DNA of 64,000 bases from Bugula neritina (taxonomy: Eukaryota; Animalia; Bryozoa), in contig OZ037768.1 of assembly GCA_964035545.1 (NCBI GenBank), forward strand, positions 7,162,741 to 7,226,740. Reading direction: 5' to 3'. The notes below the pieces were generated by a model that worked only from the letters and a program-made list of their open reading frames with translations, had not been told where the DNA came from and searched no databases. The translations under genes and the position numbers were made by a program. Below, piece by piece: positions 30,673-45,300 of this stretch (positions are counted from its first letter, which is position 1; each line of letters starts with the position of its first letter).

Positions 30673-33278
30673 TCAAAGTTTCGGTACTGGAACTTCCATC
30701 ATTTTAACTTTTTCACCTGCTTTTAATATGAAGCTATGAGCATCATCAAAAATAGATGCACCTACAGACTCTCTCACTAACTCAATCCATTTTGCAACTT
30801 TAGGATAGTGGGTGGGCACATCCATACCAAGACCCATCTGTACTTGCATCACTTCGCAAACACCCAAAAGATCTGCTATAGACAATGAGTCACTATTCAA
30901 AAATGGCGTATCCTTGAGATAGATTCGCTCGATTTTTCCAAGTGATGCTTTCAAGACTTTTTTACTTAGTTGAACTCTAGCTTCATCAATGGGCTTTCCT
31001 GTCGCAAGAGGTTGTATCAGCTGCAATAGAAACGTTATTAATTCCACCTGTAAATACTCAAACTATAAAATGCAACATTAAATTATATTTAAAAGAAATG
31101 CAAAAAATTAGTTTAAAGGTAAAGTTTTTATAAATTTGGTGCAAGTTAATGACAATATCATATAACTGTTGACGATGTGAAAAAACTTCTACATCACACC
31201 AATAAGCAAAATGAACACATCTCCATTGTAAAAATTTGGCTGTTGAATTTGTGACATACCAGTGATTGAAAAAGATTGCCCCCAGCAAATCGGAGATTAA
31301 GATGTTGCCAGTGAGTGAATGCCTCTATCTTAGCACGCTGCTGTAAGTCTTTAGGGTAAAGAGAATGAATGTTGTGTTTGTTACACAAATACTGCAGAAT
31401 TGCAACACTGAAACAAAAATATAGTGCAAGATATTTGTACAGTAAACTTTATAAAAAGCCAATTGTTATAAAATGTTTAAGTATGTAAATATTTTAAGGC
31501 TTAGTAGTTTATATTGTAGTAGTGTTAAAATAACAGAAATAAATTAAATCCAAACAACATTAAAACTCAGGTCTACAGTTTTTCATTGACACAAGGTACA
31601 ATCGAACACCATATATTAACAGAAATATAACCATTAAATGCATTCATATAAACTTCATAACATGCATGCTACACCACATATAGCCTACCTTTCTGGGAGA
31701 AGGAATCCATCATCATCAATTACTGGTACAACTTTGAAAGGATTTATTTTAGTGAATTCTGGCTGCAAATGTTCACCTACCAAGAATAATTAATTGTTTA
31801 TGTTCATTGCTAGAAAGCGTGATTTGTATATGCACATTATTAAATTTTATCATGCAGTCAGGCACCAAAAGAAAATGAAGTAGATAGAAAAAATCGAATG
31901 CGACAGCATTAATGAAGAAAATGATTTAAAGTTGTGTCTGTAGAAAATTGCTTAAAATCTAGTTCTTTTAAAAAATATCACAAAACTAAAACATAAGTAT
32001 TTAAAATAACAATAACATAATCCACTCTAAGGCCAAAAATCTGCTCTGGACAATCATGTAACACAACTATAAGTATGGAAACTAGAGTCTCTCGAGAAAA
32101 AATTGATTTTTAATTAAATCGAATAAAAACCAATTTTTAAAGATTGAAATTGAATTGTGACCCAAACTAGACATGCTTAAATAAAATTGCATAATTATTG
32201 GCAAACCGAAATAACCAGCTTCAGGGAAACTCAGTGGCAGCTATAACATTTTATATTAAACAAAATGCACAAAACTTTTTAAACAGAAGATAGGACACTG
32301 TTCAATAATTTTCTATTGTTAAATAAGTTGAAGTAGTTTTTCTTTACAAACATTTTTAAGGATTGCTAACTCTACATTACTATATTCAGCAGTTGCTAAT
32401 TGGCAATACAAGATGATTATGTCTAATTTAAAGTAACATCAATTATATTTATTAATATTTGAGCTGCCATAGAACCTATACTACTAAACAAAACTGTAAA
32501 CTTAAAACTATTTTCAGCCATTAGCAACATCAGTAACTGCAATAAGTAGTTGTAGAAAATGATATAAAATTGAACAACAGTTGCATCAATTTTTTATAAT
32601 TTAGTCATGCAGCTTTTTTCTGAAAATCATCTTATTTGAAAACCGATTTATATCTTGCATATTGTAAATTGAGCTTTTTATTGACTAATAACTAATAAGT
32701 AATGAGCATGACTAATAGTAATTTACTTTTAGTAACACTAGTCGTTTCTATGTTTTTAGAAATTTATGCAATCCTGTATCTACATTCAAGTTTAATTTTA
32801 AGCCTTAGCATTCATTTTCAATTTATATTTTGGCAGTGTGTCAGTGTGTGTCTTTAAGTTTATCTACACTTATATCTTACACTTTACTATTACATCTACT
32901 AGTACTAGCAGATTATCATTATTACTATTACTATTAGTATAAGTATTACTATTACTAATAGTATTATTAATAGTATTACTGTATGTGTATTAGTATTACT
33001 AATTTAGTAATGCTAATAACTAATACGTAATAGTATTGCTATTAGACAGTAGACTTACTCTTAGTAAATTAGGATGTATTGCTATTAGTATTTATACTAC
33101 TAGTAATACTAAAAGTAAACGTAAATTTACTTTTAGTAATTTTAATTTAGTTATAATTTACTAATTTACCTTTTCTAAGTGCTACAGGATGAATTGTGTG
33201 GGGAATTTTCGTATACTTTAAAAAAATATACAACGCCCGTGACGGCTGAGACATGAGGTCTAGATATGCTTTCAACAT
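30673..33278 (-). CDS. GSTT: Glutathione S-transferase theta class, copy B (intact)
   Basis: Exons 33278-33170 (MLKAYLDLMSQPSRAL, catalytic Ser), 31776-31689, 31407-31260, 31020-30673; all GT-AG and in phase. Confidence 0.88.
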
Positions 33279-34791
33279 TGTGAATGTGCACACTTTCAAA
33301 AAACCAACGATTACAATGAGCTAAATAAAAATTGTCACAAGGTAAATAACACCAAAAGGAGAAGATTGAACAAGTGACCCCATATAAATTAGAATTATCA
33401 CAATAAACCAAGTTACGCCTATAATAGTAATAGCGTTGGAACTTTTTGAACTTGAGACGTTTCAGTGTGAGTATCATTATAAAATTATTCTGCGCAAAAT
33501 CTCTGCTAGGTCATGATATCGCGATCTTTTATCTACTAAGGTAGAAAACAGGCTCTAAAATTATACTAAGTTTTCAAATTCAGTTTTGAAGCTATAATAA
33601 AGGGCATTTCATTTAACTTCCGTTCTTTTTAACCATAGTGCTCGTTCAATTGTTGGCTAGGAATAAGCTGATAATAATATTATTTTGTAGCAGAATATCA
33701 ATATGAATATTACCCAGGATCAGAACGAGAATTACTATGAAAAGATTCTAGCAGTAGCTAGCCTTAAACTTTTACTCGTTGCTTGAGTGTAACAAAACTT
33801 GATGCTTATTATTTAAATTTTGAGTTTACCCTAATAATAATTTTAATTGGTTAATTACTTTATGTTTTACTTTAATAGTGCAAGTGAAATTTAAGAAAAG
33901 CTTAAACTAAAAGAAAGTAAAACTGTTTCCAAAAGTCAAAATGAAAGTCATACTGATACTGATATTCAAATTTATGATCTCAGTCTGCAAGTGATTGCGA
34001 AAGCTAAAGTAATGTTATTACTAATAGCCTCTTAGTAAGGCTATAGTTCATGCCTTTACTTTTAGTTCAAGTTTTAGTTCTCAGATTGAATTTTTAATTT
34101 GTTCTATGTCCTAGGGCTAGGATAGTTCTAAAGCTTAAAGCTAATTGTAACTGCATCGGTTTGTCACATATTTTGGCAAAACTATATGAATATCAATAAT
34201 GTTTGCATATTTTACTGATTTAGCTTCTAGTTATCTGTTATGTTGTCAAATTGTTTATGTTTCAACTCGGATAATTGCCATCTTAAAAGCTGAAGAAATT
34301 TTGAAAAAAAACGTAGCCAATAACTGCATTATTATTAGCTAGAAGTAGAAGGGGTAGAGTGAGATAGCATTACTGTAATACTTGTAATTTATTGGTGAAT
34401 GAGTGTGATAAATATGCTAGTATTTGAAAATGAAGTGCCATTATATGCTCAGTCACTGTGATTTTAAAAACTCGAATTAGCTTTGTTCAGTTTAATCAAA
34501 CTGTTATTAAGTGATATTCAAAAATAACTTTATAAATAGCAGGCCTGGCTAAGAATAAAATATTAATAAGATTGAATGTTTCTTAGTTAGTTGATTTGAA
34601 AAACCTTAATTTCTAATTGATTATGTTTGATTTTTTATTGGTACTTTGAACAGCAGCACTGAGTTAGTTATAATAGCATTTATAATATAAGAAACAATTG
34701 GCTTTTATATTTAGAATATGCACAAGCTTGTTTTTCCAACCATTATTATTATTCAAAGTCACTTTTTGCAGTATGCATTAATTCTAAAGTG

Positions 34792-37700
34792 ATGGCAAAT
34801 CACCCCAGCCACAATAACCAGCAAGTAACACACAAGAGTCCTCAATCTGCTCCTATAAGACGCCAAAGTTCTAATAGTGACTTGCGAGCTAGATCTAGCA
34901 CTGGTCGGAGATTTCCTCTTCCTCATATCCCGAACTACGTGTTTACTGAAAGGCTGGGAAGTGGTACCTATGCTACAGTTTACAAAGCTTTTAAAAAAGT
35001 ATATATCAATATTTTACCATTATATGAAGTCATATATGAAATGGGCATGCTGAAGTATAGGGCAGTTAACGAACTGGATTTCCATGCATCAAAACCACTG
35101 CTAAGCCAAGTATACATTGAATTAGTAATAAAGGCAATACCTTGGAAATTAGATTGAGATTGCTATCAATTTATGTCATGGTTATATGACAGGTTAGATA
35201 ACCCATGTAATAGCAGACGCTTTGAAGTTGAGCAGCTTTACTGTGATGGGTGCAAAGCAGAATAATGCAGACATACTTTTCCGTTGCATGGAGAGCCAGC
35301 AATAGGCTTTTCACATGTTATAAATATGAATAAAATCGTTATCTGCATTTTGGTGATGAAGACAGCCTGTATATTTTGTGTTCTATTCAGTGAAGCTGCT
35401 GTTATTTTTAATTAGCATTTTGCTAGTTTTATATCTTAAGGAACAGTCAACTGAGTTAATGATATGTCATTGCTATGCTGTTCTATTGTTTTAGACAGCT
35501 GAAAGGGAGACTGTAGCCATAAAATGTGTTCTTAAAAGCAGTTTGAATCGGACGTCTACCGAGAACCTTCTTACTGAAATTGAGCTGCTGAAGTTGCTAA
35601 AACATGATCACATCGTAGAGTTGAGGGACTTTGAATGGGATACCAACTACATTTATATCATTACTGAATATTGCAGTGGTGGTGATCTTTCCTCTTTTCT
35701 GAAGCAGAAAAGAGCGTTGCATGAAAGTCATGTACGGAGATTTCTGCAACAAATAGGTGCTTTAAGTTTAGCCTTTGTTCCACAACCAGCTCAACTAATA
35801 TGAATGCATATATTTTTCAATTTAAAGAGTTAATGCTTAGTTGTATTGACTATAAATTATGTTCTTTTGAATTCACTTATTTTTTATTTATTTCAGCTTT
35901 AGCTCTTCAGTATATGAGGGAGAAAAATGTCACTCACCTCGATTTAAAGCCACAAAATATTTTACTTTCTGGGCTTCACAAATCTCAACTCAAAATAGCA
36001 GGTGAGTACATTTCTTTTAATAATTGTAACAGAAAATCTCTCTTTATATATTACGCTACTTTTTGACTGTTATGATGTTTTGTGTTCCAGATTTTGGGTT
36101 TGCACACTACATAGTAGGAGATGTGGATACATCCTACCTCAAAGGGTCACCTCTCTACATGGCGCCAGAGATTATCTGTCAGAAACATTATGATGCAAAA
36201 GCAGATTTGTGGTCTGTGGGTGTTATTCTGTTTGGTGAGCAGTTTATTGTTTTTGAAGTCTAGTGACTCGCTAGTTTTTAAGAGTTGTTCATCTCTGTAA
36301 AATTTGTTAAGCTTCAATTAGCAAATGTGCAAATGAAGTGGAAAAATATGCAATAAACTAAAAACTTCCTTGAAAAAAGAAAGGCAAGCATGTGTTTTAG
36401 AATGTCTGTTTGGTCAAACACCTTGGGCATCAAGTACTCTTTCTGAGTTGGCAGAAAAAATAAAGGCAAAGAAACCCATTACTGTAAGTTTTTACACATT
36501 TATTTATCTGCATTTTATTTCATCCATTTTGGATATGGAAGCAACACAAAATAAAAAGCCAAAGTCAATGATGTAAAGATACTAAATATTGAATTTAATA
36601 ATAATGAGCTCAGCTGATGATTGTGCTATGCTAGGAAATCAAGACCTAGTTATTAGTGATGCTATAATTGCTCCTGTTGCCAGCATAGTATGGAGTGTAA
36701 GGTGTGTAGAGCACCTGGTAGACCTTGCCACTAGGATTTCTGCAGGATATAAATAAACTAATTTAAATACTTTCATACCAACTTGACGTGCTGTGTGCAG
36801 ATTCCATCCGGGTTTGATATCTCAGAGGAATGTCGTGATCTCACGCTCCGTCTCCTCACCAGAGATCCCCAAGAGCGCATATCATTTGACGAGTTCTTCG
36901 CACATAAATTCCTTCAACTTGACAAAGCACCAAGTGCCCAGAGTCTGCCTAAAGCTGTGAGTTGATCTAGTCAATTCTCTTGCTTATGTTTCTCTAAATT
37001 TGTAAAACTCTTCACAGAGGTGCATACACAGCAATGAGTATTAGCTCGTGTTTCTTTGTTTTATAGGTGGAGACAGTCAAAAAAGCTATACAGGCTGATG
37101 AGGATAACAAACACACTGAGGCTATAAATCTTTATGTTCAATCTCTAGACTATTTCATGGCTGCTTTGCAATGTAAGTATTGTATTATCTTTTTGTGTTG
37201 ATTAAATAGATATGAACTTATAGACATCACAAAGATGCAGTTCTAGATTTGTCTTCTCATGTTGGAGAGAGTTTATGGCATCATTAATATAAATAATAGC
37301 AAGTTTGTTCAACACAATTATTGTCACAATAATTCATCACTAATGCATAGTGATGAATGAATATGACAATACCGCAGTTAGGAGAATTTACAGAATTCAA
37401 GTTTAGCTGTCCGCCACCACACACGTTGTAGACCAGAAGTCAGTATGAGTGTATAATTATAACTTGTGTTAAATCATATTATTCACTCTGCTCAAGATGA
37501 AACTGATGAAGCAAAAAAGGAGGCCATGAGAACTAAAATCCGGCAATATCTGTCTCGCAGCGAGCACCTGCGTGGTCTTGTCAAATCAGATTTGGAGAAA
37601 AGTGCGACACACACCGATGACTTAAAGAGTCTAGGTAAGATTATCGTTGTCTCCTTCTGGGTGACATCCTATTTTTAAATAAAAAGAAAAAAAGATGATA

Positions 37701-39427
37701 ATATATCGATAATTTGTACTTGTTATATATTATTATGTAAGTTATTCACCGTTTGCTATCTGTTGAATTGTAGAAGAGTTGGCAGCTGATCATCCTCAGA
37801 TACCAATTCTATTAGCTGCACAGGCCAAAGGCAAGCAAATGGTGAGCTGGTGTTAATAAATGATGTTACTAAACGTTTCTCTCAATACCAAAGTCATAGC
37901 AAATCAATAAATGCAAGTCATAAATGTTACAAATAGCAATCTAATACACATGGGCCAGTTTTAGTTGCAGCACATATTATATAGAGTAAGGCATTAGTAA
38001 ATAAAATGTAAGCCAAGTAAGGTTGATATACTAGTTAGTCGTAGAGTTGATGTTTCTGTACATACACTGTCTGTGTTTCACAGGAAAAAGACATGGAGTA
38101 TTCTAAAGCCTTAGAGAGACATCAGAGATGTATTCAACAGCTGCTCTCAGTGGCTCGTGGTAAGCTGGGTATATGGGAGTTATCTTCACGTGTAGATGAC
38201 TACATAATATATATGTAGAAGTTGTCTTGTCATAAGCTTCATGGGTATTTAGAAAATTGCACTTCATTCTTTTGCTAAGTTTTCTGATCAACATGTTTAC
38301 AACGTTGTTATTGTTTATTTTGTTGTTGTTGTTGTTGCCTTATAGTGTTTTAGTATTAAATATAATATAATATATATTATATTGTTTTAGAGTTGCCTGA
38401 AGGTCAGCTGCGAACAGCCTTATACAAACACATACAGGGAAGTCTGATTCATGCAGAGAGACTGAGCGATTATATTCAGTTACGATTATCTTCAAAAAAA
38501 GAAAACAGTATCAAGCGCTCGTTCTCGGAAAGTATGTGCATCCTTTATGTGTTTAGCTTCCTAGCAATGTTCAATTTTAAAAGATACACCCACAGGTTTT
38601 TCTCATTGTTTTTTCACTAAACTTGATAGTGTTCTGCCAGTGGTTGTACTCAATGATCAGTGATTTTTAAACCAGGTTTAAGACACTTATTTTTATGTAA
38701 TATTATTTTGCATTTGAATTTGAGTTTGATATACAAATTAGTTTACTGCAACATTTTAATAATTAGTTTTTTTAACTCATTTTAGCTTAGATATGGACTT
38801 CTCAATTATTCACTGTTTTAGCCGTTGAGCTAACATTCTATTTAACTCAAATTTTTAATCACTGCATACGGTGGAACTGTGTTATAACAATCTTTAAAGC
38901 AGCTGTACAATTAGTTTTAGTACTATTAGGTACAGGTTATTTGTATAAAATGCAAATGTAAGTCAAGCTGGTATCGACTGACATGCATAATTGTAATGAT
39001 TATTACAATCGAAATTCCCCAGTTATTTTCAGTGCAATATATATAATACACTTGTAAAATATACATATATAACAACCCTGAAAGCAAACCTTTAGCTGTA
39101 GATCAAATTGTATGAAAACTTTGAATTTATATAAGCCTAGAATCTGCTATAAACCAAGTTGTTTATTTAGTGCATATACAGTATATTCTCGGAATATTAG
39201 GAAGACAGGCTAAATAGATTGTTTAAGGGGGTCATAGCTCCGTGTAAGATTAAGAAACATCATTCTGGTACAATATTATTATTATGTTCTACGATTGAAA
39301 TGTTTTCACAATAAAGTAAGCAACTGAAGGAGACTCGTTGTATTAAAAATGGTTAAAGTTAGGAATTTATTTTAGTCCATTCTTTTTTATTTTTAAAGGT
39401 ATTAAAGATACGTGCCATGTGCAGTGA
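34792..39427 (+). CDS. ULK3: Serine/threonine kinase ULK3 (kinase plus two MIT domains, C-terminal CaaX)
   Basis: Exons 34792-34998, 35495-35756, 35897-36001, 36091-36234, 36401-36483, 36801-36956, 37067-37172, 37497-37634, 37774-37841, 38084-38159, 38391-38531, 39399-39427. Motifs: [51 protein letters not shown] helices; ends CHVQ*. Confidence 0.92.
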
Positions 39428-41541
39428 GGAATGAGGGCTATAGACTACAGCTAGTTGTATAGGTGCTACAAATATATCTATATTTATGTACTATCTTTTA
39501 TATCATTTCACATGCCATTGTAATACACCAGTGTGTCTCACGTGAGTTTATAAAAATGTGTCCAAATTTTGCTTTCAATCAAAGAATAGTTCCATGTTGT
39601 GATCATAAAGTATAAATACATTATAGTTTTTTGTTATCTGCTATAGATAGTATTATGTTATAGTTTTTAAATCTTTTTTGTGTAAAAGTTTGCACTTTCT
39701 TGCTGTTAGTTCAAAGCTGTTTTGCAATGTATTGTGTACTAACACGCAAATATTTTATGGTTTTTGTGCTAGGTACTTTTGTTAGTCTTTCTGGTCTACT
39801 GAAGCTGTGATTTGTTGCTAGGCCTTAGCTTTTACTACAGCTAGCAAAAGTGGTGCCAAACTTCTGTCTTTGAATTATTTTAATCTCCTCATATAAAGCT
39901 TAGAGTTCTATCTTTTGCTTACGTTGTTTTGAGTACAGTGCAGCTCATTAAATATATTCTATTCAGTCCCATGCACAATTATATAATTGGTTTCTCTTTA
40001 ATAAAAGAGCACATGTTTTAAAAATACTAACAATTTAATTGAGTTCCAAAGAATAACAGTTGGCAGCATTGATTGGTGCCACACATGGATACTTTGAATT
40101 GCTTAATGCTATGATAGTTTTCCTACACCTATTGCTTTTATTGTTCAAGTAAATTGAAAATTACAAATTGAGGTAGTTGAAAATTATCAAGCTATGCTCT
40201 TCAATACAAATATCCACGTTTTATATGCTTATGCATAGCAGGTGCAATTTAATTTATAAAGGATTATATTATGTAATAGGCTATGTTGTATAATATAATG
40301 CAACATTGTGTATTGCTAATATATAATGCACAGTATTGTAAAGTATAAGCTCAATATAATATTTATTGAAATGTTCAAAGCTTTAGCTATCATATTTTTA
40401 TTCCCTATCACAGTCAAAACAAGGCTGGGTGTGTATTATACATGATGCTACATGTTACTATAAAATTGAATTCTATTTTAAAACATGTGACGCTTATAAA
40501 ATTTATACTATTCAGGCTTTATGCAAAATGTTCTTTAATCAATATATTATTATTTTAGTGCTGCCAGCAAAATAAGTTGACTTTTAAACAATAAGTACAT
40601 TTGTCTAACCTTTTTAGTTACACGCAAGTCAGCTTATGTCATTCTGCAGTAACAAACTGTTCATATGTCTGGCGATATATTCTACCAACTAGTCTACGGA
40701 GAAATTGGCCAACAAACCAGGATTGATCCCATAAATTGTGATTATATATTCTTAGAATGCAGAGGAAGTGAGACTGGTATTCAACTCATCTGTTAGAGTA
40801 CCTTTACCAGTAAATATGATCCCCAATGAATAAATAAAATTCAGCCATTAATGCTAACTTATTAATCAACTGCCACCTCATCTCCCCATCAACGCTTTCA
40901 GATCTTCATGGCACTTAATATGAAAATATTGCTTGATGCCCCAGGCATTTACTAGTGTAAATCTGGTACACATTGTCTGAATTGTTTTAGTACAAATTGT
41001 TGACAATGTTTACTAGGCTACTGCTCCTCGTTTTTGAACCCTATTTTACTCTTCAAAAGATTTGTGTGGTAAAGTATGAGACAGAGAAAGTATTTTGACT
41101 TTTTTAATATACTATATGTATCTTATTATTGTTTGATATAAAAATAAACAGGGTTTTATGCCCTGAGGGAAATATCATTCTTGTTATTAGATGAGACAAA
41201 CCAGTGAATCAAAATAATAGAAATGTTTAAATGTTCATAGATAAATTAATATATTCACCACCTGTCCACTTAGAATACTAAAGAGAAAAAATGTTTATCA
41301 TATGAGTACAGTAGACTAATTAATTAACTTGTAGCATTTCAATGTGATAATGGTATGCCAAATAAAAAGTATATGTACAAAAATATGTTATAAATATAAA
41401 TAGTGAGTATGAAACATGAAATACATACAAGACTGTAGGTTGTAGAGATAGAGTTTGTACACAATAATATCGGTCAAATATGCACTATTTTATTTACAAG
41501 ACTAGTTTACAGATTGCCTTAGCTGAGTAATAGTAATAATA

Positions 41542-42351
41542 TTATGTAATGGTTTGATATATGAATAAAAAGGTCCAGCTTGCCACCAGGTAAACATGCA
41601 GAATTCGTGAGTTGTGTGCCCCATCAGCTGCAGCATTACTGTCATTTTTAAGGGTTTGTCTTTCAGATTTTACTATATCCAACAACAAATTGTGGTTAAT
41701 TACCACGATTTTAGGATCTTCACCAAAGCATGACTTCTGGGTGTTGTACCTCATTCGGATGCATGTCTTTTCGTCTATGAAAGGGTCAGCGTCATCGCAG
41801 ACACAGTTCTTCAGTTTTGCTGCTCTTGTTTGTCTGTAAAGAATGGCCAGGCTATTATTACACTTGGGAGAGCAATCTAATGACTTCTCATGCTCTGTTG
41901 TTTGCAGTATCCATAGGTTACTGCAAAACTTCTCATAATAAGACAAGGCTGTCCAACACTGAGTGTCTGCATCACATAACATCCTGGCCAGAGAGCAGCT
42001 AATCACCTCTTCGTTGTCTAAACTTTCCAAAGCTCTAAACACATCTGCGCTACACGTTTCCACTCTTCTTTTCCACAAGTCACAGTCTTTGTTACCTTCA
42101 CAGTTGCAAGTCAAATAGTCCGTACCAGTGTTGAAATCAGCAGTCACCAAAGATACGACGGCTCGCATGCATTGATCTGTACATTGATCTACCAAACCTA
42201 GTTGTACTTTCTCGCACGCAATATGAAAGTTATTTAGAGCCATGCTGCACCCAATCCGAGATATACATTTATTTCTCGCGTCCATGCAGTTGGGCGCTTC
42301 CCCAAATACACCAGTAACCAGCAATGTCAGTGGTAGTAGAAAAGTCAGCAT
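41542..42351 (-). CDS. GAS1: Growth arrest-specific protein 1-like (two GDNF/GAS1 Cys-rich repeats, signal peptide, GPI-type tail)
   Basis: Single-exon 269-aa ORF with an N-terminal hydrophobic leader, repeats C..AR..C.....C..AL..F/Y...C and C+C, and a hydrophobic C-terminus. Confidence 0.85.
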   Translation of the reverse strand: MLTFLLPLTLLVTGVFGEAPNCMDARNKCISRIGCSMALNNFHIACEKVQLGLVDQCTDQCMRAVVSLVTADFNTGTDYLTCNCEGNKDCDLWKRRVETCSADVFRALESLDNEEVISCSLARMLCDADTQCWTALSYYEKFCSNLWILQTTEHEKSLDCSPKCNNSLAILYRQTRAAKLKNCVCDDADPFIDEKTCIRMRYNTQKSCFGEDPKIVVINHNLLLDIVKSERQTLKNDSNAAADGAHNSRILHVYLVASWTFLFIYQTIT

Positions 42352-45300
42352 ATTTCTCAGAATCTAAAGGCTGCCAAGTGTTTCAACCTACAATATTGTA
42401 GAACAGAGTTAGTGTCCGATGTAGCAGCTTACCTCAAGGACCTCTCACAGCAATGTGATGACAAACTTCTTATAGTAAATGTTTAATGAATGGGTTATGA
42501 TTTGCAAAAGTGAGTTGCCCCTGGCTGTGCACACAGGAGCTTTTGTTTCAATAAATTAGTTTGTATTATTTTTAAGTGTAACCCAACTGCAACTATTTAG
42601 TGTGTCAAGCTGTCAGCTGTGTGTAGGAAAAGTGACGTAATGCAGATGTGATCTTTAGTGAGTCACTATCTTCATTGTTTAATATCTTACAAACTGTATT
42701 CAAGGGAGTATAACCCAATGAGTTCGTGGTATTTGTGTGTGTGAATGTTACTTTTAATAATGTCAATTTACATGAAGTGGTGCTCTACACAGTACAAGTA
42801 TAAGAGTAAGATATTTATTGTTACTCAAGTGTCAACTCTATAATATATTATAGTAAGACACTAAAGCATAATATGATGCAGTCAAAATACATAGAAAAGC
42901 TTTTTTACTGTTTATTAGTTAGTAATACAGTAGAATTGTAAATAAAGTACTCCACCCAACTTGCATAGTTGAATGATCATATAAAAATGTTAAGACCACA
43001 ACTTAATTTTGCCTGTCAAATGTAGCATCAACAAATTACTATATATAGTATATGGATGAGTACAATTGATAGTAATTGTTTTTATTTACTAATTTTCAAT
43101 TAATAATACCACACGTAGAAATCATGTTGTTGTGTTGATAAAATCCCACCGATGTATTAAATTTCAAAACATTCATTTCAAACTATAAAACGTGTCATTT
43201 CAAAATATAAACAGCTAGAACTTATCGATATACTTACAGGTTGACTCGCTAGTTCTTCATTTATGCCTTTTCCTTAAGCTCGAAGTTGTGCTGTAGGAAA
43301 ATAAGTGATTTTTCAAAGTGAATAACAAAACAGCTAATGTTACCTTTTGGAAACTTGAGGTCTATGTGAAATGCTCTACATGATTCCTACATAATATAGT
43401 TGTAATAATGATATGGATGAATGCAGTTACCAATAAATTAGTTAATAAGCATTACGTGCCACCAATCATTATCCGGTACTGCGAGACGAGGAGGTAAAAA
43501 GTGGATATGTCATATAATCATAAAGCTAAATGGTCATCATTGATTCCCTCGTGTTGCTTCTCTGCCATCATATTATTATTGCAACATGGAATTATAATGC
43601 TATGATATTACTACATTTTAGTCTGTCAGTTGCCTATGGACTATAATATGTTGTATGATAAACTATATAGACAGTTGTGATTGCCAACCCCATTAACGTA
43701 TTAGTTGTTTTAGATGTGTTTTAACAAAATATACTGATTCTATATACCAGTCCGTAACATGCTTACTGGTGCTATATAGTTGTATGTAAGATGCTTACTG
43801 GTGCCACGTAAAATGTTTTCTGTAAATATGCAAAATATTGAAATTTTAGTGGCTATGACTTCTCAAGTACAAACACTTGTGTTGATATTCAATCAATTTA
43901 TACACAGCAACTTACTGCTGTAACCTTAAAACTTTATTTTCAATCAGTGTAAGCTTGCTTATTGCGAAATAGAATTTCTCTTATTGAGACAGCATATTGA
44001 TATCCAGGTTCTTATATATGCAAACTTTCTTAGTATAAATTCTGGTTATAGCTCAGCTATGTAGCTGATCAGATAATAATTTTCACAGTTATTCGTTTAC
44101 TGATATCCCAGCAAAAGCAGGAGAGAAAGAAAAATTTAGTAGCAACATTTTTAATTGATACTGAATTAGTATTATTGTGATATTGCATGCATAGGCCGAA
44201 AATGTGCACTTATATATTCATACTAGTAATAGTATTGTAATTGTTTAAGATGACTAACTCGTTTTTGTTGCCACTTGATTAATATATTTTACTTTATGTC
44301 ATAATCATTATTTAAGGGTTATATACAGTTACAGCTGGCCACTGGAATCTTTTCAAGAAGGACTGATTGCATGCAGTAGTGATACACTGGCCTTTTAGGT
44401 AGTCAAGCATAGAATAATTCAATTTAAGGATGCAAGATCTTTACAGTTGGCAAAAACATTTTATTGGAGAAGCTACCTATAAAAGTATTTTGTTTTGATT
44501 CATCAATTGATGCATATCTGTGCTTGCAAAATCACAACAAAGTTGATATCATTACATCAGTATTATCCTACTTTTCTGCAGTATAACTCTGGGTCAAGCA
44601 CTCTGTATTCTACAAATATATTACGAGTTGTATATGAATGAAATTTCTTTTCATTTTTTTTTCTTTCCAATAGCATTACTTTCAAATAGTAAATATTTTA
44701 CCCTATGCTCTGTATCTGGTTGCAACTTGAAGCAAGAAAGCCAGGATCTTTACTCTCAAAAATTATTCATCATTTAAAAAACTAGCAGAAAATTTTTCAG
44801 TTGGAAGTTGAGATGTTTTAGCAGCTTACATTTGCCTTTACTAGAATCAATGGACTAGACACTAATATTTTAAGGTGGTTGACTCTTGCATTCAGATTGA
44901 AGGAACAAGTCAATGACTACAATAGTTAAGCCTCAGATATTGTTATGAAAGTGTAGGGGTTGAAAGTTTAGGAATCTCCCAGCAGATATCAGGGTGATGA
45001 CAAAAAACCATTTTACCCATCACAGATTTATACATAGACTATTTGGCCTTGTGCCAAACTCTAATAATATCTGAGCAAAACATGCAGTGGATTAAAAACA
45101 GGTTTTAAAACCCAGCATACTATTTTATAATTTAAAACTATCCACAGATGCAAGACAGGAATATTTAGCTTAATGTTATATAAAGTAATATGCATCAACA
45201 TCTGTGCAGTTGCAGCTTGGTTATAAAAGTTGGATTATTGGTATTTATATATCACTGCATATACATAAAAACATGAACTAAGTGAAATATGGTAACAGCT

